Assembly: GCA_002269645.1 (NCBI GenBank)
Contig: NIVC01000461.1
Span: 434,001-498,000 of the forward strand
Direction: 5' to 3'
From: Macrostomum lignano
Taxonomy: Eukaryota
DNA length: 64,000 nucleotides
A program made the position numbers and the translations under genes. A model generated the notes under the pieces. That model was not told the DNA's origin. It saw nothing but the letters and a program-made list of their open reading frames with translations, and did not search any database. Positions 1 through 12,991 of this stretch are shown here, piece by piece; position 1 is the stretch's first letter; each line of letters starts with the position of its first letter.

Positions 1-860
1 AACCGCCACTTCTCCAGTGCCACAGCTGCTCAAATGTTGGAAACTCAATGGCTTCCACAATTTGTGTGTTGACTTGAGCCACCAGAGTGCGGACTTTGTT
101 GAAGGCTTGAGCAAGCTTGTTCGCAGCCATCAACTCTAGCCGTGGAATAGTCATCGAAGCTATGGGCACGACGCGTGTTTTGCTTTAGTTTGCAGCTCTG
201 CTGAAAAAGCAGTTTGGCTCGCGTCGGCAACAGACAAAGAACTAAGAGGGTCGAACGTCTTGGAGAATGCTGACAATGTCAAATGCTTGGTCAGACATTC
301 GCTGGACAAGCCGATTGCCGGAAGATGATCACAAATCGGCAAATGGAATATGTCGCTATCCTGAATCCATTGCTTGCCAAGGACCTTGACTGGTGATTTA
401 GTTGAATGTGACATGCCACAACCATCTTCAAGAGCAGTGGTGTTCAGAGCTGAGCATTTTGAGAGCCAGTCGCATATATTCATCAATGCTTCCAGGAATG
501 CGCTCTGTGTCATGTGATACAATGCCATAGCTTCCTCTTTGGAGTTTGCACCAGATACTAGGTTGTCGATGTATGTGTCCTGAGACAGTTTCAGACGAAC
601 AGTCTTGGAAGCCTTGTTTGTTGTACAGAAATGGTGAAACAGAACTTCTTGCAGGATTTCTGGACTGGAGATCAGGTCAAACACAAGGCGCACATAGCGG
701 AAGACGTGAATACTTGACTTCTTGTCCCTCTAGCTGACCTGTAGACATATAGGCGACCTTCGGGACCTTCAATGGAGTGCCACCACACAGCCCCGATGAG
801 CTGACACCGCCAACATCGTGCTTCTTCTATCAAGGCACCAAATACACCCCGTGGTCTTTC
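1..860 (-). mobile_element. Degenerate BEL/Pao LTR-retrotransposon pol fragment (RT and RT-RNaseH connection)
   Basis: The minus-strand translation gives Pao-type motifs: HVFRYVRLVFDLISSP (RvpFGl.sSP-like), YIDNLVSGANSKEEA (YVDD-like catalytic motif), KVLGKQW and LSAFSKTFDPL. After a frameshift near 232 it continues as PTRAKLLFQQ. Stops and frameshifts indicate decay. The 5' limit (~860) is approximate. Confidence 0.8.
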
Positions 861-1319
861 CTCATGGGGAAAAATAGCGTTTTCTTTCTACTGTTAATTA
901 CTGACAGAAATGCTACAGTTTTTTCTTGAACTTTTGCTTTAATTTTTTATGGTCATTTCTCATCTTTATTTATAAAATATAACAAAATACTATTAAAATT
1001 TAAATTATTGATAGTTATAAAAGCTTTGTTGGTTAGTTAGTAGGTAATTTGCATGTTTGATAACTACAAATTCAAACAAAAAGTTTAAACAGTTTTAGCA
1101 AAACTGCATTGTTGTTTGAAAACTTTTTAATTCAGTCATTAAGATACCTTAGCAGTTTAACAGTAAGATTGATGCATTAACATATTGAAAATTTAATTAT
1201 ATATTACTTTATACTTTAAGTAAATTTGTGACAAGGTTTGCATAACAAATCAGTACTTCGAAATTAGTTTTGATAGTTATATACCGGTATCAACCAAAGT
1301 TTTTGTCACAAATTTTTAG

Positions 1320-3757
1320 TCAAAGTTTTTCCTGGACTATGACCCAACCATTGAGGATTCATTCAGCAAGTCCTGCTACATTGACAACGAAATGGCCCGA
1401 CTGGATATTCTGGACACAGCTGGTATGTCATCTAGCTTGAAATTATCTTCTGGAATATTTAGTAATCTATTTCGCGTTGCTATCACATTATTGAAAATCG
1501 CCCATCATACCAGTATGAAGTCCTAATTAGAGATCCCATTATTCAGAGATGGATCCATAATTAGAGATCCCATTATTCAGAGATGGATCCCTGATTGGAG
1601 ATCCCATTATTCAGAGATAGATCCCTAATTAGAGATCCCATTAATTATTGATTCAAGTATGCTTCCGACCATGTGCAATTTCAATAATACAAAGCGATCC
1701 CAAATAGCTAGACACCAAAAACCATTCACATTACCTTAATGCTGCATCGCTCAGGCCAGGAGGAGTTCACGTCAATGCGCGAACAGTACATGCGTTTAGG
1801 CCAGGCCTTCCTAGTTGTATTCTCTGTCACAGACAGGAAAGGCTTCGAAGAGGTCGACTCCCTAATCCAGCTAATCTACCGGGTGAAGGACCGCGAAGCG
1901 TTCCCCATCATGGTGGCGGGTAACAAGATCGACCTGCAGAACGATCGCTGCATCGACCAGTCTCTAGCCCAGGAGTTAGTGCAGCGCCATCAGGAATTTA
2001 ATCCCTACTGCGCTTATATTGAGACTAGCGCAAAGACTCGACTCAACGTTGACTTGGTATTCCACGACTTGGTGCGACTGCTCAGGTGAGTCAGTTATTC
2101 GTTTTTGCTCAATTCGTCATCACTAAGTCGAGTGAGAGAAAAATCCTCGCATTGGTATCTATGCATTTTGTTTATTTCCTCTGTACGATAATGGGGCTAA
2201 GTGTCAAAAAGCTACTGTATTTTTGTTCAGTTTTTTATACTAAACTACGGCAATTAAAATCGTTGCTTTTTAAAATCAAACTTCCTGTCATTTTTCGGGC
2301 GACGCTTCCGGTCAGTTTGGTGTTAGAATCCTCTAAAGTGTTAAACACAATATTATATTTTTAATCGCTATAATTTTAAATAGTACTTTATAGCATAGTT
2401 ATATAACGACGTAGTTAACGTCTGAGGATGTTAGAGTAGAGACTGAGGATGTTGGAGTAGGAACTGAGCATGTTGGAATAGAGACTGAGCATGTTGGAGT
2501 AGAGACTGATGATGTTGTAGTAGAGACTGAGGATGTTGGAGTAGAGACTGAGGATGTTGGAGTAGAGACAGGATGTTGGAGTAGAGACTGAGGATGTTGG
2601 AGTAGAGACTGAGGATGTTGGAGTAGAGACTGAGGATGTTGGAGTAGACTGAGGATGTTGGAGTAGAGACTGAGGATGTTGGAGTAGACTGAGGATGTTG
2701 GAGTAGACTGAGGATGTTGGAGTAGAGACTGAGGATGTTGGAGTAGAGACTGAGGATGTTGGAGTAGACTGAGGATCTTGGAGTAGACTGAGGATGTTGG
2801 AGTAGACTGAGGATGTTGGAGTAGACTGAGGATGTTGGAGTAGAGACTGAGGATGTTGGAGTAGACTGAGGATGTTGGAGTAGGGACTGAGGATGTTGGA
2901 GTAGGGACTGAGGATGTTGGAGTAGACTGAGGATGTTGGAGTAGACTGAGGATGTTGGAGTAGAGACTGAGGATGTTGGAGTAGGGACTGAGGATGTTGG
3001 AGTAGAGACTGATGATGTTGGAGTAGAGACTGAGGATGTTGGAGTAGACTGAGGATGTTGGAGTAGAGACTGAGGATGTTGGAGTAGGGACTGAGGATGT
3101 TGGAGTAGAGACTGAGGATGTTGGAGTAGACTGAGGATGTTGGAGTAGAGACTGAGGATGTTGGAGTAGAGACTGATGATGTTGGAGTAGAGACTGAGGA
3201 TGTTGGAGTAGACTGAGGATGTTGGAGTAGAGACTGAGGATGTTGGAGTAGGGACTGAGGATGTTGGAGTAGAGACTGAGGATGTTGGAGTAGACTGAGG
3301 ATGTTGGAGTAGAGACTGAGGATGTTGGAGTAGGGACTGAGGATGTTGGAGTAGAGACTGAGGATGTTGGAGTAGACTGAGGATGTTGGAGTAGAGACTG
3401 AGGATGTTGGAGTAGGGACTGAGGATGTTGGAGTAGAGACTGATGATGTTGGAGTAGAGACTGAGGATGTTGGAGTAGACTGATGATGTTGGAGTAGAGA
3501 CTGAGGATGTTGGAGTAGGGACTGAGGATGTTGGAGTAGAGACTGAGGATGTTGGAGTAGGACTCGTACTCAGATCTTATACATCTATATTTCTGGTATG
3601 TATGGTAGGATTGAGGAAGGGCTCAGCAGCGCACCTAGCAGCCAAAAGAATTCCATGGAAGCTGATCTCACTTGCCCCCATCCTCCCAAATTTCAGACTG
3701 TACAACGCCAAAGGCGGCAGTAAGCAGGCCAAGAAATCGAAGTGCAGCCTATTGTAA
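1320..3757 (+). CDS. R-Ras/TC21 (Ras64B)-like small GTPase, 5'-partial
   Basis: Exons 1320-1422 ([35 protein letters not shown]), 1755-2085 (GQEEF...NKID...ETSAK...LLR) and 3697-3757 ([19 protein letters not shown]). All introns are GT-AG with compatible phases (1 and 2). G2-G5 boxes and a CaaX box are present. The P-loop exon is not in the window. Confidence 0.9.
1521..1642. repeat. Short tandem repeat, 34-bp unit x~3.5, in the Ras intron
   Basis: TAATTAGAGATCCCATTATTCAGAGATGGATCCC recurs at 1524, 1558, 1592 and 1626. Confidence 0.85.
2423..3562. repeat. Minisatellite, 19/21-bp unit GACTGAGGATGTTGGAGTA(GA), in the last Ras intron
   Basis: Direct inspection; dozens of near-identical units. 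Confidence 0.95.
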
Positions 3758-4465
3758 TTACCCCTGCTCCGCCCCTTTGCCTTGTCTCAGTTCTGCGTCA
3801 CACTCCCCTATGCTTATTGGTGTACACTGCACTACCAATCCATTTGTTTTTGTTAACGCGGTAACTCTATAACAGATTTCTTAGATTATCTGCTACATAA
3901 GGGTCGTTTTTTTGGAAATTTTTGAAGTCCGAGTCCAATGTCTTATGCTCATAATTGTATATAATACTGACTGTTATTATTGTCTTCGTGATTATCATAA
4001 TTGTGTTTTTTGCGCTATTCTCAGCGCTCTATTAAATAATTATTTTATATAATCCTATTTTCGCATAGCTGCGACTAAGCTAGTGGAATCCTTGTCGTTT
4101 GTCTTTATGTACCATCTGGAGTTATTCAACCGCTGCTGAAATCTGATAGCTAGGATGCAATAGTAAGCATAAGTCTTTATCTTATCAATTAGTGTTAACT
4201 AATGTGCTTCTTCTTTCTCCGAGTCAGTCCGACTGCTTTTCTATTTCCTCGTGTATGTACTATAGTTGTATTAGTCTCCGGGTATTATTCAGTGTCATTA
4301 ATCGTCTGTAAAATCGGTTTCTGTTGCACATTCACCTGCCAGCGGTGGTAAAATACTTTCTAAAGTACCCAGCAGCCTACGTTCCTCTAAGAATTCCCTT
4401 ATCTATAGAATCATCTAATACTAGGCCGACCTGACCCACTTAGTCTACCCAAGCAAAACTTTCCT

Positions 4466-4682
4466 ACCCCTCAATGTACATGCGCTCCTCACCAGACCCA
4501 TCCCAACCACGCAAACTTATCTATCTTATCTACCCCTCGATGTACATGCGCTCTTCACCAGACTCACCCCAACCACGCAAACTTATCTATCTTATCTACC
4601 CCTCGATGTACATGCGCTCTTCACCAGACTCACCCCAACCACGCAAACTTATCTATCTTATCTACCCCTCGATGTACATGCT
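4466..4682. repeat. Tandem repeat, 66-bp unit x~3
   Basis: TACCCCTCGATGTACATGCGCTC... recurs at 4531 and 4597, with a partial copy at 4465. Confidence 0.85.
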
Positions 4683-5642
4683 CTTGACCATGCCCGCCCA
4701 ATGTACATATTATCGACCCAATCCAGGCTCGCATGCTCTGAAAACCGAGCGTCCCCTTCCGCCTTCCACTTTCATCTGTTGTAAATTTCTTTTACCATGT
4801 TAGAATGGTTATTTATAATTGCTTCAGTCATTAGCAAGGGTTGATACGCAGTCAGTTCATGGTGTGAAGTTTATTTAGCCAGCTTCTACTGCTAACTGTA
4901 CTGCTATATGTGTCTCTTACACAACTAGCACAGGCTCCTGCTGGGCCGTCTGAGAAATGTTTGCTAGCAAGGGGGAAGGAAATGTTGTGCCTGCAAATAA
5001 TATACAGATTGTATTGCATCTGGTTTAAGCAATCATTTTTCAGCTATACATTTTGCGTCTTCATGCGCTCGCACGTTTACTATCCATTTTTATTCACAGG
5101 TTCAAAAATGATTTTTAGCCAGTATCACAATGGTTAATTCCTAATATATTCGCTTAATTATTCTAATTAATTGCTATTGTCTTCCATTGCCAGATTGTGC
5201 TGTTCTGTATAACAAAACCTTTCTGTCAGTCAGCAAAGGCGCTGCTAACTAACAATGTCCTACAATTATTGGCTGATCTCCGCTGTCACAGCCCCTCTGT
5301 TGGCAGTTCAGTCGGTGGACACAAGTTCTTGCTTATTTTGCTTTCATTCGTCCGTTTTTTTGTTTTCGATTTACTAATGCAGCACTTGGCCGCACTTGTG
5401 AGATGCCGCTAAGTGTGCTTTCAGTTCGGACAGTACAGCCAAATCTACCCGTGAAGCCCTTCTGCACAATGTGTATAGATACCGGAGTTATACACGAGCT
5501 TCCAACTACCTTCTTGTACCGCTTCCAACCCGCTCCGCTTGCCTGCTGCCCAAAATAGAATTGTTTTTGCTACTCGTAACGAGTAGTCTGTACCGCGATT
5601 AATAGCTGCGCCTATTAATTCTTATTTTATTCTCGCAAGCTA

Positions 5643-6628
5643 CGAGGGGTGTCCAGGAGGTAGTGATACTTTCAACTGTAGCTCTCGTTCTGTAGCTTCC
5701 TGTGATTTAAAATTTTAAGAACTAATAGCGGCAAATCTCTTTTACAGACTGCTTTTTTAATTTTTAAAATTGATACTAGGGAACAGGAGTTGTACCCATG
5801 AAAGTAACAGTGCCTGTATCATAGAGTTACACAAATTATAGGCTGAGCTTCACGAGATCCATGCTGAGTAAGCTTCAATGAATTGTTGATTTCGGCTTGT
5901 CCAACCTGTCAGCGATCTCTCTAATGGTCATTCGGGAGTCCTCGTCAAGAAGATCCAGAATGGAGTCCGCCAGTACATCAGGTCAATGAACGTATGGCCA
6001 CCCCATCCGATGCTGATCTGCCAAGTCAGTCCTTCCCTCGCTGAACTGCTCCATCCATCGATAAACTGTCATTTTGCTGACCACAGAGGATCCGTGCGCA
6101 GAGCAAAGTTTTGCGTGAATTTCTGAGGCACTATGGCCAGTGCCCCAAAAAGTGAAGATAGTACTTTGCTGAGCAACAACTGAGTGCACATCCATGTGTG
6201 TTGTCGAGTATGGGCAATGAAATCAATTGAAAAATGCAAGCTCCTCTGTTTGCAAGTAAAGTAATGAATTTAATGCTTTATTTTTCTGCGCATGATTCCG
6301 TCCATAGACAAATTTCAGTCAGTCACAATGAGCATCATTTTGCAATTGGGCTTTGGTATTGCTTAAACAAGACATTTATCGATGCCTTCTTAATGAATGA
6401 GTGCAGAAGTCGACTATCATAAATTTTGATATAGTTTGTGTAACTCTATGATACGGGTGCTGTTGCTTTTGTGGGTGTAACTTTTGTTCTCTGGTATCAA
6501 TTTTAAAAATTCAAAAAAGCAGTCTATAGAAGAGATTTGCCGCTATTAGTTCTTAAAATTTTAAATGACAGGAAGCTATAGAACGAGAGCTACAGTTGAA
6601 GGTGTCACTACTTTTTGGACACCCCTCG
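5643..6628 (-). mobile_element. Mariner-type internal-deletion derivative with ~200-bp imperfect TIRs
   Basis: TA flanks at 5641-5642 and 6629-6630. Termini are CGAGGGGTGTCC...GGACACCCCTCG, and inverted similarity runs ~5643-5840 vs ~6430-6628. The interior encodes only the transposase N-terminal HTH region (SASEIHAKL...KMTVYRWMEQFSEGRTDL; then DLLDEDSRMTIREIADRL) with stops. Confidence 0.85.
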
Positions 6629-8658
6629 TAGTTGTTGTGTACACATGCAACTTAGCAATATTTTGCTATAATAAGGCGCTTGCCAAAAATTTGTTGTCGG
6701 GATTAAAGTTAAATAATTTCGTCATGCACGTCTTAACCAGTGCTTTAATACCTTCTAATTAATTCAATCATATAAACTATGCCGTATATCTCCGTTTATT
6801 GCATGCTACAGATAAGCACGGCAAATATATGCATATACACGATTCTGCATACCAATTTACTAAGTTTTTATTCGACTTCAGTTTTGTTCAACAGTTTAAA
6901 AGTCCTAAATTCCTAATGCAAGTAATAAAGGTGCACCACGCAAGGACTCCATGTACTAGACAATGTATATTCCAGTGGTCCTACTAGGCACCACGTAAAT
7001 ACAAAACGCACATGTACATGTAAGAACTGTTACAATGATGCTGCCGTACAAATTATTCTACGACAAATTACTGTAGATAAACTACTACATCAGAAAATAT
7101 AGTGGGGAGGAAAGTTTTAAACAAAATTCATACGCACGATCTTTTTAATGAGATGAACTGCCCTGTAAAAACAAAAGTATAATACATGCTTCATATATGC
7201 AATCAAAGTACCCCAAAATCTGCTTGCATTTTCAAATCCAGGAATCCTGCCCTTTTGATGCAATTAAACCATTGAAAACCAATAGCAATTAAGCATCATC
7301 AAAGACAGAAAGCACCCCATTGGTCAAGAAAGGCTTAAATTTGTTATCTTCTTTAGTAGCCCTTTGCCTCGGCCTTAGGATAAGGAGCAAATCATGGCGA
7401 TAAAGTTGCCCCCCCCCTAGAAACTATTGGCAATTCCGTGACAGAAATTTTGGCTGCGTCAATTACAGAAAGCAAATTTCATTATGCTTTAGTTTAGTTT
7501 GATAACACTTCGGTTCATTTTCGACAAGTTACCCGATTGTGTCAATATTGAGTCCTGACCATAAATCGTATTTGTTTTATTTTAAAACTTAAAATGATTT
7601 TTTCCAAAAAGTAGTTTCTTAGGAGCGCTTGTCAATACATTTTGCTAGTACCAACTATGCCAGCTACAAAGCTACAAGTGTCATGATTATAGAACGAAAA
7701 ATGTCGCCATAGGATTTATCATGGGTTACAATGCAACTTTTACGGACTTTTTAATTATTTAAGAATTTGTGATAAAATTTAAACCACTAACGCGATTCAA
7801 ATCATGTGGCATAAATTCCGCATAATATAAAATATACTAAAAATACATTAAAATATAATGCACGGGGTAATCCTAGTCCAAAAATCATTCATAACATTTT
7901 GTGACTTGTGGGATACTTAGTTTTGCACAAATAAGTAAAGTATTAGTGCCTAGAATTTTAACACCTTGACACTTAACACTTAGAAAGATTTATGTATAAT
8001 CGATTAATCGAAACAGCAAATTATTACATTTTTTCAGATGCATTTGAGCCAATTTCAGAGTCAGACGATATCATATTTTCGAAATTTTTGAGACTCGAGA
8101 TCTATACTTTCCAGATGATCGAAATTCGAGATTATGCCTAAGTAACATTTAGTAGGCCTATTTACACTATTTTATCTATCAATGCTAATAATGGCTACCA
8201 GTGACTTCAACAACAATAGGCCTACAAATTGGCAAAGGACACTTCGGGCTGTTTGGCGACAGTTTAGAAACAACTGAACATTTCGGCAACAAAAGGGGAC
8301 ATTTTGGCAAAAAGCCAACAAAATAAACTTATGAATGAAATTATATTGCATACTGAATAAAATTTTAATTTGATTTGCTGAGTGATTTATATAAATCAAT
8401 CCATCGCCAATGTCTTGTTGCCAAAGTGACTGGTACCCACCCGTAGTCAGGATCATGGCACACCTGCACCAGAACAAATCCTATCAAAAAAGTTTGCTCA
8501 TACTATGTATTATATATTAAAAAATCTCCTGTCAAACCTTGTAAGCCTTGACATGTCAGTAATTCCTCCCCACAAGCTTTAACACATCAACTTCCCCCCT
8601 TGACATCTCAGCAATGCCCCCAATAAGCCTTGGAAATCTAAAAATATCTGTCAACCTT

Positions 8659-8708
8659 CTAACCCTAACCCTAGCCTAACCCTAACCCTAACCCTAACCT
8701 AACCCTAA
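8659..8708. repeat. Short (CCCTAA)n-like telomere-type tract
   Basis: AACCCTAACCCTAGCCTAACCCTAACCCTAACCCTAACCTAACCCTAA; a more degenerate relative lies at ~9095-9135. Confidence 0.7.
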
Positions 8709-9169
8709 AGCATTGAAATTTCAGTAATTCTCTCTGAGAGTCATTTTAGCACTACTACAGCATTATAGCGATTCCCTGCAAGCCTCGACATCGTTGGGAT
8801 TCCCAAATGAATCTCTTAACTTCGACATGAAGCTTCTTTTATTTTTTACATTACGCTTTTTTATCAGCGATCCCTCCCCTGATGAGGCATCAAATAATGT
8901 AATAAAAAGTTTTCAATAAACTACATGTAGCTTCTGACTTTAGCCTTGAAATCTCATTTATACCCCCGTGAGCCTTGACATCTCAGCTATTCCCCCGTAA
9001 GCCTTAACATGTCAGCGATGGCCCCCATAAACCTTGAAATCTAAAAAATCCCCTGTTATTCTGTTAACCTTGAAACCCGATAAAATATAACCCTCAACCC
9101 ACACCTGACCTAAACCTAACTTTAACCCAACCAAAAGCCTTGAAATCTCAGCAATTCTTCTCCCCTAAG

Positions 9170-10095
9170 CCGCTTCTACGATTTTTACATGGCGCTTCTA
9201 TGATTGTTTACATGACGCTTCTATGATTTTTTACATGACGCTTCTATGATTGTTTACCTGACGCTTCTATGATTGTTTACATAGCGCTTTTATGATTTTT
9301 TACATGACGCTTCTATGATTGTTTACATGACGCTTCTATGATTGTTTACATGACGCTTCTATGATTTTTGACATGACGCTTCTACGATTTTTTACATGGC
9401 GCTTCTATGATTGTTTACATGATGCTTCTATGATTGTTTACATGACGCTTCTATGATTGTTTACATGACGCTTCTATGATTTTTTAAATGACGCTTCTAT
9501 GATTTTTTACACGGCGCTGCTACGATTTTTTACATGACGCTTCTATGATTGTTTACATGACGCTTTTGTGATTTTTACATGACGCTTCTTTGATTTTTTA
9601 CATGACGCTTCTATGATTTTTTCATGACGCTTCTATGATTTTTTACATGACGCTTCTATGATTGTTTACATGACGCTTCTATGATTGTTTACATGACGCT
9701 TCTATGATTGTTTACATGACGCTTCTATAATTTTTTTAAATGACGCTTCTATGATTGTTTACATGACGCTTCTATGATTGTTTACATGACACTTCTATGA
9801 TTTTTGACATGACACTTCTACGATTTTTTACATGGCGCTTCTATGATTGTTTACATGATGCTTCTATGATTTTTTATATGACGCTTCTATGATTGTTTAC
9901 ATGACGCTTCTATGATTGTTTACATGACGCTTCTATGATTGTTTACATGAAGCTTCTATGATTGTTTACATGACGCTTCTATGATTTTTTAAAAATGACG
10001 CTTCTATGATTGTTTACATGACGCTTCTATGATTGTTTACATGACGCTTCTATGATTTTTTACATGACACTTCTATGATTTTTACATGACGCTTT
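9170..10095. repeat. Minisatellite, 23-bp unit ATGACGCTTCTATGATT(G/T)TTTAC
   Basis: Direct inspection. Confidence 0.95.
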
Positions 10096-10599
10096 TTTTT
10101 TAAAAAGTCTTTTAGTTTTCCTGACGTTGAAAAGCTTTAATTAAAAAAATTATACTCTATGAAAATTCGAACCATCGTCTCTGCATTTAGCAGTTCAGTT
10201 TGTTCACCTCTAGGCTAGCTCTCATCGTTTTGATATCATCAAATTTTTCACTTATATAATTTAACACTTTAAAATCCAAGCATAAAGTAAATCACACGAA
10301 GCAGTTATGACATAATCAGTTTCTCAGTCAGTCAGTATCAGTTAACAATATGGTTACGCAATTTAAATCAAGTCTGGTGCTACGCTTCCACACTGTATTT
10401 TCAATTCAAGTCGGAGTTACAATTCAGTTATGATGCAATCTATTTCAGAATCAGAATTCAACCAGTCAGTTTTTTCTCTAGCATTCTTAGAATGTATTTC
10501 AAGTCGAAAGAGCTGCTTGACCTTTGCAAAAAAGCATGTTTTTCGAATATTTAATGCCTTTAGCATCAAGCAATTTTTTAGCCATGATGCATGTACAGT

Positions 10600-10723
10600 C
10601 ACGGGAAAATTTCTGATTGAACAGTGCAAGTTCGAACAAAATCGGTCCAGCCATTTTTTCTCTAATCGATCACATAGATAGATAGACACAGACAGACCAT
10701 TTTTAGTATTTAGGCCTATATAT
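10600..10723 (+). mobile_element. Probable 3' end of a DINE-1/HINE-like (Helentron-associated) non-autonomous element
   Basis: The motif order AAATTTC...AACAGTGCAAGT...AAAATCGGTCCAGCC, then an (AGAT)/(ACAG) microsatellite, then a TATATAT end resembles DINE-1-type 3' ends. It also resembles 12800-13015. Family assignment is an inference. Confidence 0.4.
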
Positions 10724-11357
10724 TTAAAATTTGTGAGTAATAGGCCTATTTTTTATAAAGGGAATGCAAAAAGGAAATAGCTAAAGCTATGATCAATAGT
10801 CTATGCCTACAGGTGAAAGCATTAAATCAAAGCAAATTTTATTTCTCTACCTTGTTGGTTATGATGCAAATAATAGTCTATTAAATAGATATGCTACTAG
10901 TTGAAAAGATAGCCCCCCCCCCAATATCATGGTCTAATACTTTTTCATAAGAAAGATCTTGGTTTTAGTTTAATATATTCAGCAACCTTGAATCTTATAG
11001 GTATGCTAGAAAATTCCAAGACCTAAAAATATCATTGTAATATGCTGGATATTATATGCCAAGCATATTTTAAGGTCAATAATATACTTAAAAAAGGGCT
11101 CTTAAATAGATTTGCTGATTTATTAAAATTAGATATTGACTAGCAGGTTGACCCACTTTGCAGGTCCCAAACAGTTTTTCAAGCAAGCACTTTTCTTGAT
11201 CTTTGACAACCCACAAGAAGACAGAGAGATCAGCTAGAGACAGCCCTCTAGAAAACAGACACATGAAGCAGAGACAACCCGGTAGAAAGAAGGTAGCAAT
11301 TTTACCTGCTCTACGGGTCCAAACAAAAATACCATTGGTTGATTGTAACTCCTGCCA

Positions 11358-11870
11358 TTAGACAGTTTACAACAACACCCGTTAGACAGTTACAACAGCA
11401 CGTGTTAGACAGTTTACAACAGCACCCATTAGACAGTTTACAACAGCACCCATTAGACAGTTTACAACAGCACCCATTAGACAGTTTATAACAGCACCCA
11501 TTAGACAGTTTACAACAGCACCCATTAGACAGTTTACAACAGCACTGGTTAGACAGTTTACAACAGCACCCGTTAGACAGTTTACAACAGCACCCGTTAG
11601 ACAGTTTACAACAGCACCCATTAGACAGTTTACAACAGCACCCGTTAGACAGTTTACAACAGCACCCATTAGACAGTTTACAACAGCACTGGTTAGACAG
11701 TTTACAACAGCACCCGTTAGACAGTTTACAACAGCACCCATTAGACAGTTTACAACAGCACCCATTAGACAGTTACAACAGCACCTGTTAGTTTACAATA
11801 GCACCCATTAGACAGTTACAACAGCACCCGTTAGACAGTTACAACAGCACCCATTAGACAGTTTACAACA
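11358..11870. repeat. Minisatellite, 24-bp unit TTAGACAGTTTACAACAGCACCC(A/G)
   Basis: Direct inspection. Confidence 0.95.
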
Positions 11871-12877
11871 GCTTGTTAAAGTTCTGACTGAATAATCATT
11901 CATGGCACCTTGACCAAATTAAATCATTGGTCAAGAACTCCTGCCGTACCCAGTTCCCACTTTATCAAGAGAAATATACGAAATATTTTGCATGTACAAA
12001 TTTGAGCCCCCAAACCCAGAGGCCTCGCAATTGATAATTGCATTTGAGCTCAACTCTCTCTCCCTGCCCTAGCAGTGTACACAGCTGTCCATTTTCAATC
12101 GGCTCCCGGCCAACAATGTTCATATGACATATGGCATACTATGATACTAACTGAATGCTGTGCTTTTAATTTTTATAGTTAAAGCAAACAACTTATATCC
12201 CTGAACTCAGTGTTGCAAGATCTTTCCAGCAATATAAGTCTCTCCTCTCAATGTTCAAAAATCGAGCAACAGTTAGTGTTTGAAACTTTCTGATTTAAAG
12301 CATTGAAATATTGAGTGTACATTCACTGCCTGCTAAAGAGGCTTGCAAGTTAATGCATTGAATTTCACTGTCCGCCAGTTAGCTAGGGTCCAAGTGTACA
12401 CACGATGCCACTGAGAACGCAACCATCCCCCCACTGGAAGGAAAATACACTGCCAAGATAGCAAAATTTTATGGCGCAATCACTAAAATTCTCTCCCCGA
12501 CGATTGCCAAAGCTAAATTTTGACGCCGTCCCGCAGCCAGGGGTACACACGCCTTTGCACATTGCCAAGTGAGCCAACAAACCCCCATTCCTTTCTGCAC
12601 ACAAATCAGCCTAGCTAAATGAAATACACTGGAGAGATAGGCCAGATTGCTGATGATGCAACCTCAATCAAGTCAGCTAAATTGGCAGTCTGGAAGCCTT
12701 TCCTTCAACTGACCACAGAAAATCCGTGAACAAAAAGCAGTTTTTTGCAAATTAAACATCCTTCGCATTATCAGAAATTTTAGCAAAATCTGCCACATCA
12801 CTGCCAGAAAATTTGCAAGCTAACAGTGCAAGTCCTTTGAAGATTGGTCTTGTGGTTCATTCTAAAACGTGAACTTC

Positions 12878-12881
<4 letters not shown>

Positions 12882-12972
<91 letters not shown>

Positions 12973-12991
12973 AACAGACAGACAGACAGAC
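12882..12991. repeat. (CAGA)n microsatellite
   Basis: Direct inspection. Confidence 0.95.
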
